From Minisyncoccia bacterium (lineage in GTDB: Bacteria > Patescibacteriota > Minisyncoccia > Phycocordibacterales > UBA9973), in the NCBI GenBank assembly GCA_039809245.1, contig JBDHUP010000003.1, positions 41,069-105,068 on the forward strand: a stretch of DNA of 64,000 nucleotides. The letters run 5' to 3'. Shown here piece after piece: positions 18,312-28,037 of the stretch. Under the pieces are notes generated by a model. That model ran no database searches and had not been told where the DNA came from. It worked only from the letters and a program-made list of their open reading frames with translations. The position numbers and the translations under genes are program-made. Position 1 is the stretch's first letter. Each line of letters begins with the position of its first letter.

Positions 18312-18662
18312 TTATTCGGTAATTGTTAAGCGCTTCATCATTAAAGGGCGTAGTTTGTTTGTCGGAAGCATACCGTAAACAGCAAGCTCGTATAGACCCT
18401 TCCAACCTTTCTTATCTACTATCTTCTGATTTGTCTTCTGTTTAAATCCACCTGGGTAGCCAGAATAAGTCTCATGAAGAGTCTCAGTCATGCGGCGCTC
18501 TGACATTTTTGTCTTTGCTGCATTTGTTATATAAACTCGAACATCAGCGACTTGGTTCGCTACATATTCCGGTGAATTCTTACCCATAAGAGCCTTGGCT
18601 GCAGCACTTGCTACTCTTCCAAAAGTCTTACCACTTGCGTCAATTGTATGTGTTGTTGCCAT
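18312..18662 (-). CDS. rplM: 50S ribosomal protein L13 (short form)
   Basis: IDA.G...GR.A, YSGYPGG, AVYGMLP.N.L. Confidence 0.95.
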   Translation of the reverse strand: MATTHTIDASGKTFGRVASAAAKALMGKNSPEYVANQVADVRVYITNAAKTKMSERRMTETLHETYSGYPGGFKQKTNQKIVDKKGWKGLYELAVYGMLPTNKLRPLMMKRLTITE

Positions 18663-18666
18663 AATA

Positions 18667-19020
18667 TTATATAAATTCGATTACTGCCATTTTACTTGCA
18701 TCACCTGCACGACGTGGGAGCTTAGTAATACGTGTATATCCACCTGCTTGACCTTTATATTTCGGAGCAATAGTGTCTATAAGTTTACTTGCTTCTGCTG
18801 TTAAATTATAAAGTCTTGAAATAACTAAGCGTCGTGATGCAAGTGTACCGACATTTGCCTTTGTTACAAGCTTCTCTATAGCAGGGCGAAGTTCTTTAGC
18901 TTTTGCTTCAGTAGTCTCGATACGACCATGCGCAATAAGAGAAAGCATTAAACCTTTAAGTAAAGCTTCTCTCTGATTCTTTGTTCTTCCAAATTTTCTT
19001 ACTACGCTGTGGTGTCTCAT
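18667..19020 (-). CDS. rplQ: 50S ribosomal protein L17
   Basis: MRH, IETTEAKAKELR, GGYTRI.K...R.GD. Confidence 0.98.
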   Translation of the reverse strand: MRHHSVVRKFGRTKNQREALLKGLMLSLIAHGRIETTEAKAKELRPAIEKLVTKANVGTLASRRLVISRLYNLTAEASKLIDTIAPKYKGQAGGYTRITKLPRRAGDASKMAVIEFI

Positions 19021-19042
19021 AAAATATATACTGAATTATTAA

Positions 19043-20023
19043 TTATTTAAGTGTTATACCATACCCACCAAGAACTTTCTTGATTTCCTGGATGCCTTTA
19101 TCGCCGATACCTTCTATCTCAAGTAAGTCTTCCTTCTTCTTTCTTGCGATACCTCCGATTGTTCTAATGTTTGCACCTGTTAGAGCATTAAGAGTGCGGG
19201 TTGAAAGATCTAGAGTATCAATGCGAGTCTTTAGGATATCAGTAAATTCATTACCATCGCCTTTTGACTTAGTATCCTTCTCTTCGTCTGCAGACTCAGA
19301 TTCAACGGCTTCTTTTGCCATAGACTTTGAAAGTATTGTAAATCCAACAATGGCCTGTAATTGTTCTACCATAATTGTAATAGCTTGTTCAAGTGCCTCG
19401 CGTGGAGAAAGAGTTCCATCTGTTTCAATAGTCATACGTAAACGGTTGTGGTTAGTCTTGTCACCAACGCGCATATTCTCTACTTCATATGACACACGAC
19501 GAATCGGAGTGAATATTGCATCAACTGCGATCATTCCTACATCTGTCTTTGTTTTCTGGTGAACGTCTTTTGATACGAATCCAAGACCTTTCTCAACAGT
19601 CATCTCGATAGAAAGAGTATTCTTACCTGTAACTTCAGCAATATATAAATCTTTGTTTAAAACTTCAACCTGACCAGATACTTCGATATCTTTAGCAGTT
19701 ACTGTCTGTGGGCCTTTAATTGAAATTTTTACAGTTTGAGGTTCATCACTTAGTAGTCTGAAGCGAACCTGCTTTAAGTGAAGAAGTATTGTTATAACAT
19801 CTTCTTTAACTCCATCGAGTACTGAGAACTCATGATCAGCACCTTCAATCTTAAGTGAAGTTATAGCAGCACCAGTAAGAGAAGATAAAATGATACGACG
19901 AAGTGAATTACCTAGAGTATGTCCATACCCAGGGTAAAGGCCGTCGATCTCGTAGACACCTTTTGTGTCTACTTCAGAAACGATAGATAACTTTGATGGT
20001 AATATTATATTTAAATCAGTCAT
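19043..20023 (-). CDS. rpoA: RNA polymerase alpha subunit
   Basis: GYGHTLGNSLRRI.LSS, HEFS, DAIFTPI, alpha-CTD LSTRT.N.L. Confidence 0.98.
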   Translation of the reverse strand: MTDLNIILPSKLSIVSEVDTKGVYEIDGLYPGYGHTLGNSLRRIILSSLTGAAITSLKIEGADHEFSVLDGVKEDVITILLHLKQVRFRLLSDEPQTVKISIKGPQTVTAKDIEVSGQVEVLNKDLYIAEVTGKNTLSIEMTVEKGLGFVSKDVHQKTKTDVGMIAVDAIFTPIRRVSYEVENMRVGDKTNHNRLRMTIETDGTLSPREALEQAITIMVEQLQAIVGFTILSKSMAKEAVESESADEEKDTKSKGDGNEFTDILKTRIDTLDLSTRTLNALTGANIRTIGGIARKKKEDLLEIEGIGDKGIQEIKKVLGGYGITLK

Positions 20024-20082
20024 ATGATATGTAAAGCTCGCGAGCTAAAATTATTTTAATAAAAATTAACCGTTGCGCACTA

Positions 20083-20691
20083 TTAACGACTATAAAATTC
20101 AAGCACAGTGTTAAGGTCTAAAAATCCTTCAATATTTTTTGGTTTACCTTGTACTACTCCAGAAAGTTTCTCAGCATCGAATGTCAACCAGTTTGGTAGT
20201 GTATATTCTTTTAATTTCTTTGCCATATCTGCAAATAAAGGACTCTTCTGACTTCCAGGACGAACAGCGATTACATCGCCTACTTTCACTCGTAATGATG
20301 CTACTGTTGTCTTCTTTCCGTTGACTGTGATGTGCCCATGAGAGACCATCTGACGAGAAAGTCGGCGTGTGTGAGCAAGGCCCAAACGATAAGTAACATT
20401 ATCAAGACGAGTTTCTAATAATTCGAACAAATACTCAGTTGCAAGTGTACCTTTATGAGCAACAGCTTCGTTGATATAATTTGAAAATTGCTTTTCACTG
20501 ATTCCATACATAAAACGCACCTTCTGCTTCTCAACGAATTGAAGAGCGTAACCAGAAAGAGCTTTCGGACGCTTGTTCTTTGAATTCTTTGCGTGGCGAG
20601 CTTCAGACATTACGAACTTAGGTGTTTGACACTTTTCAAACACTCCTGATCCTAAACGTCGACACATTTTATATTTTTGAACTGTTTTCAT
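20083..20691 (-). CDS. rpsD: 30S ribosomal protein S4
   Basis: EKQK.R..YG..EKQF, LETRLDN..YRLG, RQ.VSHGH. Confidence 0.98.
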   Translation of the reverse strand: MKTVQKYKMCRRLGSGVFEKCQTPKFVMSEARHAKNSKNKRPKALSGYALQFVEKQKVRFMYGISEKQFSNYINEAVAHKGTLATEYLFELLETRLDNVTYRLGLAHTRRLSRQMVSHGHITVNGKKTTVASLRVKVGDVIAVRPGSQKSPLFADMAKKLKEYTLPNWLTFDAEKLSGVVQGKPKNIEGFLDLNTVLEFYSR

Positions 20692-20710
20692 ATGAAATAA
20701 ATTATATTAA

Positions 20711-21160
20711 TTAAACTCGGCGAGGCTTCTTAGGTTTTGGACCATTGTGAGGGACTGGAGTAACATCGCGAACTCCTGAAATCTCTATATCATATGCCAT
20801 AAATGCACGGATAGTAGGCTCACGACCACTTCCTACTCCTGTAACTTTTACATCCACTTCCTTTATACCTAAAGCTTTAGCCTTCTCACCTATAACTGAA
20901 CCCGCTTTAGAAGCAGCAAAAGGTGTACCCTTTTTAGCTCCCTTAAAACCTAAAGATCCAGCAGAAGTCCAGAATAAAGTATTACCATCTTTATCAGAAA
21001 GAACCACCTTTGTATTATTAAATGTAGCTTCTACGTGAAGAGTACCAGAAACAACTTTCTTTTTAGGTACTTTTACAGATTTTGGTGCTTCAGAAACAGT
21101 CGTATCTACTGATACGTCTTTTCCCTCTTCTTCTTTAGTTATAATTTTTACTTTTCCCAT
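20711..21160 (-). CDS. rpsK: 30S ribosomal protein S11
   Basis: ATFNNT, GFKG.KKGTPFAA, DVTPVPHNG. Confidence 0.98.
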   Translation of the reverse strand: MGKVKIITKEEEGKDVSVDTTVSEAPKSVKVPKKKVVSGTLHVEATFNNTKVVLSDKDGNTLFWTSAGSLGFKGAKKGTPFAASKAGSVIGEKAKALGIKEVDVKVTGVGSGREPTIRAFMAYDIEISGVRDVTPVPHNGPKPKKPRRV

Positions 21161-21204
21161 TTTATATAGTTAGATAATTTAAATACTCACCACTCTGATT
21201 AATC

Positions 21205-21585
21205 CTATGTCTTCTCAGCCTTTCTTCGTCCACTACCCATAGTCTTACGTACATTTCCACGGACAGTTCTAGAGTTCGTCTTTGTTCGTTGGCCACGAGC
21301 TGGGAGTCGGCGCATATGTCTGACTCCTCTATATGTCTTGATATCTTTTAATCTTTTGATGTTTGAAGCAATTTCACGCTTTAGATTTCCTTCTATAGAC
21401 ATTGCTTCGATGATCTTACGAATTTCGTTCTCTTGATCTACTGTTAGAGTATCTGCTTTAACTTTTGGATCAATATTAACTTCCTTAAGAATAGAACGAG
21501 CACGTGAAAGACCAATACCGTAAAGAGATGTAAGTCCTATGTCTAAATGTTTGTTGTTTGGGATTGTTATACCGAGTATTCTCAT
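21205..21585 (-). CDS. rpsM: 30S ribosomal protein S13
   Basis: LT..YGIG, YRG.RH...LP.RGQRTKTN.RT. Confidence 0.98.
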   Translation of the reverse strand: MRILGITIPNNKHLDIGLTSLYGIGLSRARSILKEVNIDPKVKADTLTVDQENEIRKIIEAMSIEGNLKREIASNIKRLKDIKTYRGVRHMRRLPARGQRTKTNSRTVRGNVRKTMGSGRRKAEKT

Positions 21586-21590
21586 AGAAA

Positions 21591-21701
21591 TTATTGCTTT
21601 TGTTTATGCTTAGGATTTGAACAAATAACACGGAGGTGACCTTCGCGTTTAACTAGCTTACATTTTGCACAAATTTTTTTAACGGCTGATTTTATCTTCA
21701 T
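21591..21701 (-). CDS. rpmJ: 50S ribosomal protein L36 (below the ORF-track size cut-off)
   Basis: My translation: [36 protein letters not shown], Zn-ribbon C-C-C-H form. Confidence 0.96.
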   Translation of the reverse strand: MKIKSAVKKICAKCKLVKREGHLRVICSNPKHKQKQ

Positions 21702-21813
21702 ATTCTCTTAATGCGAAAGAAAAACAGAGGGCTTTCACCCTGTATTTTCAACTCAAGCGTATGTCGGATCATATTACACTATTACAATAAAAAACGCAAG
21801 GGGTACTATATAA

Positions 21814-22029
21814 CTAGTTCCTCTTTATTATTCTACCCTTACCTCCATATGGATCAAGAAGGACTTCTACCTTATCCCCAACCAATACTTTGATTCTATG
21901 CATACGCATCTTCCCAGCCAGATATGAGATGATAAGTTTTCCATCACCAATATCTACTCGAAAAAGCGTGTTTGGGAGAGCCTCAGTAACTGTACCTATA
22001 ACAGTATTATTATCGTCTTTTTGATTCAT
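21814..22029 (-). CDS. infA: Translation initiation factor IF-1
   Basis: G.V.EALPNT.FRV, GKMR..RI..L.GD.V. Confidence 0.97.
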   Translation of the reverse strand: MNQKDDNNTVIGTVTEALPNTLFRVDIGDGKLIISYLAGKMRMHRIKVLVGDKVEVLLDPYGGKGRIIKRN

Positions 22030-22071
22030 TTGTATCTTTATATGATACTAAATATATAGTATAACGTCAAA

Positions 22072-23550
22072 TTATTTAACAGTTACATGTATCCTTGATA
22101 TATCTTTTGGTAGATACTTATTCCAAGGTGGGAATATTTTAGCATCTGCTCCTGCAATACCAGGGTCAGATTTGAAAAATTCTGTAAGATCTTTCTTTGG
22201 AATTCCAACTAGGGACAATTTTATCTTTTCTACATCTGGGTGCCATATAGCATTCACTGATCCATTAAGAGCAAAAGGTACAGATTCCATATCTTTTGTA
22301 ATAGTCTGATCACTGTTTGTAAATTTAAATGATAAAGCTGAAATGTCTGGTATCTCTATTTCATTACGTTCACTATTAGTAATATCAGGTAGTGTGCGAT
22401 TTATAATAGAATTAGTTATATCACTTTTCTTAAAGATAATAGCTGATAAAGTTCCATCTATATTGACTTTTGTTTCCGGAGTTTGCGATTGAGCCCCTCC
22501 AATAGTATACGCAAACCTTGTTGCATCAGGATAAAGAATATAACCTTCTGGAACTTCCGCATTAACTTTCTTTATCATTCTACTCTTAAAAGCAGACCCC
22601 GCTGTGGCATTAAGTGAACCCCTATCAGCAGCCCCTAGTATATATGTAAGACCTTGAGCACCACCAGATAAAGGAGTTGTAGACTTTGCATAAATCTTCT
22701 TAAACTTATCAGTATCTTTAAATCCATTTATTGTAAAATCAGTTGGATCACCATTATATTGATCACCTGAAATAAAAGCTGTAATACCGACACTAACTTC
22801 TCCAGGCACAATCTTACCATCAACTATCTTATATCCTGGTATTGTTACCGCTTTGTCTGTTTGATAACTCTTGCCATCAGCATCAGAAATAAATGTCTTA
22901 GTTAGTAGATTCTGTGGTTTGGTACTGTACTCATTATAAAAAGTTACTGTACCTTGAGCTTTCTGTGATAGGTTTTGAGATTCAGTTAGTACAATATCTT
23001 TAGATTCAGTGTCAGAGACTATCATTATCTCAAAATGTACCGGGGCTTTTGAATCCTTTAGAGCTGTGAATTGAAGATTGCTTAAGGCTAAGTCTTGATG
23101 TTTCTCTCTTATTATTACTGATGTCTTCTCAAGAGCAACACCACCCCAATAAACTAAACCTAAAAATACTACACATACAAGCAAGGCTATTAAAGATCTC
23201 CTAACTAAACCTGATTTCTTCCTAAGCCTTGGTGTTTGTGATAATCTTTTTACTGTTTCACTACTTATTACAGTATTGCTCTCGACAGGCATGTTATCTT
23301 TCTTTTCATCACTTGATTTCTTAATAGCTTTCCACCCTGTAACAAAAACAGAGCTCTTCTTTAAGGATTCATCTTCCAAAAATTTCTTATGCTCGAGGGT
23401 GTCTTCAACTTTTGCTATTTCTGGTTTTTCAGGAATTTCAAGTTTTTTAACTAGTTCTTCTTTTGGTAGTTGAACCTCCTTTTCTTTTTCAGGAATTTTC
23501 TTAACCCTAGTGCTATTTAGTTTCATGTCCATCATTATCTTTTTGGTCAT
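22072..23550 (-). CDS. Single-pass membrane protein with a baseplate-J-like extracellular domain (CPR-type)
   Basis: Charged cytoplasmic N-terminus, one TM helix, KAQG.VT.YN, V.IPG, GD.YN, GG motifs and C-terminal PPW..LP...I.V. Confidence 0.6.
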   Translation of the reverse strand: MTKKIMMDMKLNSTRVKKIPEKEKEVQLPKEELVKKLEIPEKPEIAKVEDTLEHKKFLEDESLKKSSVFVTGWKAIKKSSDEKKDNMPVESNTVISSETVKRLSQTPRLRKKSGLVRRSLIALLVCVVFLGLVYWGGVALEKTSVIIREKHQDLALSNLQFTALKDSKAPVHFEIMIVSDTESKDIVLTESQNLSQKAQGTVTFYNEYSTKPQNLLTKTFISDADGKSYQTDKAVTIPGYKIVDGKIVPGEVSVGITAFISGDQYNGDPTDFTINGFKDTDKFKKIYAKSTTPLSGGAQGLTYILGAADRGSLNATAGSAFKSRMIKKVNAEVPEGYILYPDATRFAYTIGGAQSQTPETKVNIDGTLSAIIFKKSDITNSIINRTLPDITNSERNEIEIPDISALSFKFTNSDQTITKDMESVPFALNGSVNAIWHPDVEKIKLSLVGIPKKDLTEFFKSDPGIAGADAKIFPPWNKYLPKDISRIHVTVK

Positions 23551-23551
23551 A

Positions 23552-24733
23552 TTATTTCTCTCTTTTTCTCATTACTGATATTGCTTCTATCATAAGGAAT
23601 GGATCACACTGTCCTTCCTTAACATTACACATAGGTAAGAATTCTGGTCCTTCTAAAGTCACGACTGTACACTTCCTCTCGGCTACCATTGATTGGATAT
23701 ACTCTTCATTGCGAACAACATCAACAAACCAACTTCTGATATCTGCATCAGCTGTTAAGAAAATGGTACCGGGTAGTGTCAGGGTATGAGGCAGTGTATT
23801 TATACAAGCTCTAAAAGCTTCACTCCATGAGTTCTCGATTGATTTGAAAAGTGGATCAAGTTTATCTTTCAGCTTTTTAGAAATTGTACCAGAGCTATGA
23901 AGCGAAAATAATTCTTGTGCGTCACGAAGTTCTACTTCTAGTTTACTACACATATATTTAAAGAATGTTTTCTTTCCAAATGGGAATGAGAGCGTGGCTT
24001 TCAGAACACCTTTTGAAACAATTCCCACATCTGTAAGTTCCCCGCTTATATCAAGTAGTAAATATGAATCAGGGCTTACATACCTATCACGTACAGCTAT
24101 AAATGAAGCTACTGAAAAAGAAGAAAAAGAAACTTTTGTACTGTGGTAAGTCTTAGATATTGTTTTCCTTATTTTTTCTAAGCAAACTTTAGGTGAAAGA
24201 GAAATGATCATGTTCATCTCTACCGCCCTACTCCTTTTACCAATTGGTTCAGGGACTGAATATCCATTAAGTAACACATTCATTATATGGTGCTCTATTA
24301 CATCAGGAGCACTTTCTACCCCACCATACTTAGACTGATATTTATCATTTAGAGCAGTTATTTCTTTATTGAAAAGTTCATCTGCAATTTTTTTTGTGAA
24401 TACAAAGGAATGCTCTTTGGACATCTTTACTATACGAGTCTCAGATATATACCAGGGAGAAGCCAGAACACACTCTATCTCCTCAGGAGCACCGAGCTTA
24501 CTTTTATATAGTTCTGTAGCAGTCTTGTTAAGAGCATCGAGCATGTCTTCCAAGAAAGTATTGAAATCTAGTTCATTCCTAAAAGCAATTTCTGTGCGTG
24601 CAGATTTGATAATAGTCGGTATGCTTTTCTTATCTGTCGGAATTTTTACAATTGCTCCGCCAACACTACCTGAACCGATATCAAAAATCGCAACAATCTT
24701 TTCTGTGTTATTTGATTTAGAAAATAATCCCAT
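23552..24733 (-). CDS. Actin-like (FtsA/PilM-like) ATPase-fold protein
   Basis: IFDIGSGSVG phosphate-1 and LLLDISGELT phosphate-2-like motifs, LNGY segment as in FtsA; distinct from the canonical ftsA at 42095. Confidence 0.65.
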   Translation of the reverse strand: MGLFSKSNNTEKIVAIFDIGSGSVGGAIVKIPTDKKSIPTIIKSARTEIAFRNELDFNTFLEDMLDALNKTATELYKSKLGAPEEIECVLASPWYISETRIVKMSKEHSFVFTKKIADELFNKEITALNDKYQSKYGGVESAPDVIEHHIMNVLLNGYSVPEPIGKRSRAVEMNMIISLSPKVCLEKIRKTISKTYHSTKVSFSSFSVASFIAVRDRYVSPDSYLLLDISGELTDVGIVSKGVLKATLSFPFGKKTFFKYMCSKLEVELRDAQELFSLHSSGTISKKLKDKLDPLFKSIENSWSEAFRACINTLPHTLTLPGTIFLTADADIRSWFVDVVRNEEYIQSMVAERKCTVVTLEGPEFLPMCNVKEGQCDPFLMIEAISVMRKREK

Positions 24734-24781
24734 AGGATTATTATACTATATTTCATAAAAAAATATACAAAATAGCCTGAT

Positions 24782-26428
24782 TTAAGAGAGTACTCCTTTT
24801 ATACGACGAATACCTTGTGCAACTGCTTCTTCTTTCCCTATTTTAAAGTGTCCTAATTCAGAAGTATTTGATACATGTGGTCCACCACAAAATTCTTTCG
24901 ATATGGCATTACCATTTTTATCTTCTATAAAGTAGACAGATACTATCTCTGGATACTTTGCACCGAATTCCATTTCAGCGCCAAGCTTTTCTGCTTCATT
25001 AAGTGGCATTTCTTTGCGAACGACATTTAATCCTTGCGAGATTTTATCATTAACCCAATCCTCCACACCCTTCTTCTCTTCATCTGTTAACTTATGATCA
25101 CAAAGGAAATCAATACGAAGGCGCTCTTCGGTGATATTACTTCCTCGCTGTTTTATCTCAGGAGATACTACTGCTTGAAGTGCAGCAAGTAGCAAGTGGT
25201 GTGCAGTGTGTAGCTTAATAGTCTTCTCATTATGATTCGCCAAACCACCCTTAAACATCCCCGCTGAAGCGGTTTGAGAAAGCTTCTGGTGCTCTGCCAT
25301 TTTTTTATCGAAATCTTCTCGATCAATAACAATGCCTTTTTCTTTGGCTAACTCTTCAGTAAGCTCAATCGGAAAACCGTATGTAGTAGCGAGAATAAAA
25401 GGATCTACACCTTTCTCAAATTCCTTTAACCCTTTATCTAATGTCTGTCTAAATTTTTCTTCCTCTTTTTCTATTTCTCCTTTATCATCGAGATTATATA
25501 TTCCACTATAAATTTTCTTAATTTTTTCTATTTCATCTTTAAGTGGTTTATCGGAAAACCTTACTGCACGGCGAATTAAGCGGCGAAGTACATATCCCCG
25601 TCCATTATTTGATGGAGTTAAACCATCTGAAATCATAAATAGCGCAGTCTTTACATGATCAGCCACTATACGATCTTCTCTACCTTTTTCATTATTAAAA
25701 AGATCAGTTTCGTATACATTTTTCTTTTGTTGAACTGTCGCAAGTAGTCGCTCAAGTCCCATACCTGTGTCTATTCCTAGAATATTTGCTTTTTTAAGAT
25801 TTGCTTCACCGCGATCAAGCTTTTCTCTTGAACCATCACAGAAATACTCATTGAAAACTATATTCCATATCTCCACATCTTCACCATTAGCATTCTTGCA
25901 ATATATTTCAGTTGTCGGACCACAGGGACCAGAGTCACCTGTCGGACCCCAGAACACATCTTTACCATCCTCTCGAATTTCAAGATTAGAATCTGTATCT
26001 TCCCAAATTTTCTTTGATTCTTCATCTTTTGGAACAACACCTTCACCTTTATATATAGTCACATAAGAAATACTTAGGCCTAGCTCTTTAGTTATGAATT
26101 CATGAGCATACTCTATAGCTTCTTTTCTACCATATCCTCCAAAAGAGAAATTGCCGAGCATTTCAAAAAATGATAGGTGTGTATCGTCTCCGACTTCATC
26201 TATATCACCAGTTCGAACACATTTCTGAACTGTAACAATATTCTTAGTTCCAAAATCACGAATAGCATTATCGGGTGCCCCATAATAAGGTTTGAATTGT
26301 TGCATACCGGCAGTAGTAAACAGTACAGAAATATCACCCTCTGGTATTAAGGATGATGATGGCATAATCTTATGACCTTTTGATTCAAAGAATTTAAGGA
26401 ATTTATCACGGACTTCATTTGATTGCAT
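24782..26428 (-). CDS. alaS: Alanine--tRNA ligase (compact, no C-Ala domain)
   Basis: LFTTAGMQQFK, FFEMLGNFSFG, GPCGP..EI, DTGMGLER, editing HTAHHLL and FCGGPHV. Confidence 0.96.
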   Translation of the reverse strand: MQSNEVRDKFLKFFESKGHKIMPSSSLIPEGDISVLFTTAGMQQFKPYYGAPDNAIRDFGTKNIVTVQKCVRTGDIDEVGDDTHLSFFEMLGNFSFGGYGRKEAIEYAHEFITKELGLSISYVTIYKGEGVVPKDEESKKIWEDTDSNLEIREDGKDVFWGPTGDSGPCGPTTEIYCKNANGEDVEIWNIVFNEYFCDGSREKLDRGEANLKKANILGIDTGMGLERLLATVQQKKNVYETDLFNNEKGREDRIVADHVKTALFMISDGLTPSNNGRGYVLRRLIRRAVRFSDKPLKDEIEKIKKIYSGIYNLDDKGEIEKEEEKFRQTLDKGLKEFEKGVDPFILATTYGFPIELTEELAKEKGIVIDREDFDKKMAEHQKLSQTASAGMFKGGLANHNEKTIKLHTAHHLLLAALQAVVSPEIKQRGSNITEERLRIDFLCDHKLTDEEKKGVEDWVNDKISQGLNVVRKEMPLNEAEKLGAEMEFGAKYPEIVSVYFIEDKNGNAISKEFCGGPHVSNTSELGHFKIGKEEAVAQGIRRIKGVLS

Positions 26429-26453
26429 ACACCTATACTATACCAAAATAGCC

Positions 26454-26490
26454 AAACATAAAAGCCTCCATACATGAGGCTTTTATGTTT
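26454..26490 (-). terminator. Terminator hairpin
   Basis: aaacataaaagcctc...gaggcttttatgttt. Confidence 0.7.
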
Positions 26491-26495
26491 ATATT

Positions 26496-26975
26496 TTAAT
26501 GATCATCTGGATGACTTTCGATATAGAACTTGGTCTTCTTTAGTTGTTGTTCCAAGAACCATAGAACTGTAAATATAAATAATGTTAGTAGTGTGGCAAT
26601 TATCGCAAGAGTGTATATTCCGAAACCACAAGCCATACCTATTCCTGCACAAACCCAAAGGCCTGTAGCAGTCGTGAGTCCCATAAGTTTACTTTCTTTT
26701 GTAAAAATTAAACCGGTACCAATGAATCCAACACCTACAATAATCTGAGCAGCTATGTATAAAGGACTAATACCAGTGAAAGTATTATAAAGTTTGACTG
26801 CCTCAATTGAAACCAAAACAAATAAGCATGAACCCATCGCAACAAGCGCATAAGTACGCATACCTGCTGTTTTGTGAGCCCAGACTCTCTCAGTACCAAT
26901 AACCAAACCTAAAACCAATGCAATAAAAAGGGGTAATATAAAACTAAAAGCAGCTTGATCAAATATATTTTCCAT
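26496..26975 (-). CDS. MgtC/SapB family membrane protein
   Basis: IG.ER....K.AGMRT..LV..G, AQII.GVGFIG.G, GLTTA..LW. Confidence 0.92.
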   Translation of the reverse strand: MENIFDQAAFSFILPLFIALVLGLVIGTERVWAHKTAGMRTYALVAMGSCLFVLVSIEAVKLYNTFTGISPLYIAAQIIVGVGFIGTGLIFTKESKLMGLTTATGLWVCAGIGMACGFGIYTLAIIATLLTLFIFTVLWFLEQQLKKTKFYIESHPDDH

Positions 26976-26996
26976 ATGATTTATTATATCAAATAT

Positions 26997-28037
26997 CTAT
27001 ACCACTACGCCACCACCCATACACACTTTGCCATCATATACCACAATAGACTGACCAGGAGAAACAAGTATATTCTTAGTGAAAACAATTGTCTCACCAT
27101 TTATTCGACAATCTAGTAGTTCTCCATGATATCTAATCTGTGATGTATATTTCTTATTAGGTTTAGGTTGCTCCTTGACCCAAGAAATATTTTTCAATTT
27201 TACTTCTTTCGTAGTTGTATCTAACTTAGTTTGTTTATTATTGGATACGGTTATTGTATTTTCATTTATATTCTTACCAACCAAATAAAATGGTTTATCT
27301 TTCTCTGAATGCTTGGTAATTGTAAATCCATGTCTCTCCCCTAACGTGAAAAATACCGATCCATTATGATGACCTATAACCTCTCCTTTCTCATTTAAAA
27401 CATTACCTTTCTTGGGAGTTATGTAGTGAGCTAAAAAATCCTTCATATCAAGTGGCCCTAAGAAGCAGACTCCTTGGCTGTCTTTCTTTGTAGCTGTTGG
27501 TAAACCATATTTCTCTGCAAGTTTTCTTACTTCAGTTTTCTTTAAGTGTCCAATTGGAAATAAAGTATGGGCAAGATCATCTTGTGTTAGTGTCCAGAGA
27601 AAATATGATTGATCTTTACTTTCATCTTTTGATTTTTGAAGAGTGTTATTATCATTTATCGCATAGTGGCCAGTTGCTATATAATCTGCACCATGCTTTT
27701 TTGCAAATTCCCAAAAAACTCCAAACTTTACTTCACGATTGCACATTACATCAGGATTAGGAGTATTACCTTTTTTATATTCTTCAATCATATAATCTGC
27801 TACGCCTTTTTTATAAGCTTCTTCAGCATCACATTCAAGGAATGGAATATCTAAGTGGGCGCAGACTCGCATAGCATCTCGCCTTTCATCACGCCAAGTA
27901 CACTCTATAAAATCTGGCTGCCAAGTACGAATAAAAACACCGACGACATTATAGCCTTGATCTTTTAGTAGTAGAGCTGATACAGATGAATCCACTCCAC
28001 CAGATACTCCTACGAATACAGTTTTATTTAATTTCAC
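26997..28037 (-). CDS. mnmA: tRNA 2-thiouridylase MnmA (likely GTG start at 28037)
   Basis: SGGVDSSV, TPNPD..CNR.VKF, ATGHY, KDQSYFL, DSQG.CF, PGQ. Confidence 0.96.
   Translation of the reverse strand: MKLNKTVFVGVSGGVDSSVSALLLKDQGYNVVGVFIRTWQPDFIECTWRDERRDAMRVCAHLDIPFLECDAEEAYKKGVADYMIEEYKKGNTPNPDVMCNREVKFGVFWEFAKKHGADYIATGHYAINDNNTLQKSKDESKDQSYFLWTLTQDDLAHTLFPIGHLKKTEVRKLAEKYGLPTATKKDSQGVCFLGPLDMKDFLAHYITPKKGNVLNEKGEVIGHHNGSVFFTLGERHGFTITKHSEKDKPFYLVGKNINENTITVSNNKQTKLDTTTKEVKLKNISWVKEQPKPNKKYTSQIRYHGELLDCRINGETIVFTKNILVSPGQSIVVYDGKVCMGGGVVV

Noticed and set aside
17887-18405. 172-aa S9 with N-terminal extension; similar extensions on the ORFs at 41269, 28070, 58501 and 61127
   Set aside because: The extensions overlap upstream genes or promoters; downstream starts fit family length and promoter spacing better.
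20035-20046. Palindrome agctcgcgagct between rpsD and rpoA
   Set aside because: Too short and isolated to support a functional call.
22072-23550. Prophage or tailocin inferred from the baseplate-J-like domain
   Set aside because: The protein is membrane-anchored, flanked by housekeeping genes, and has no other phage genes nearby.
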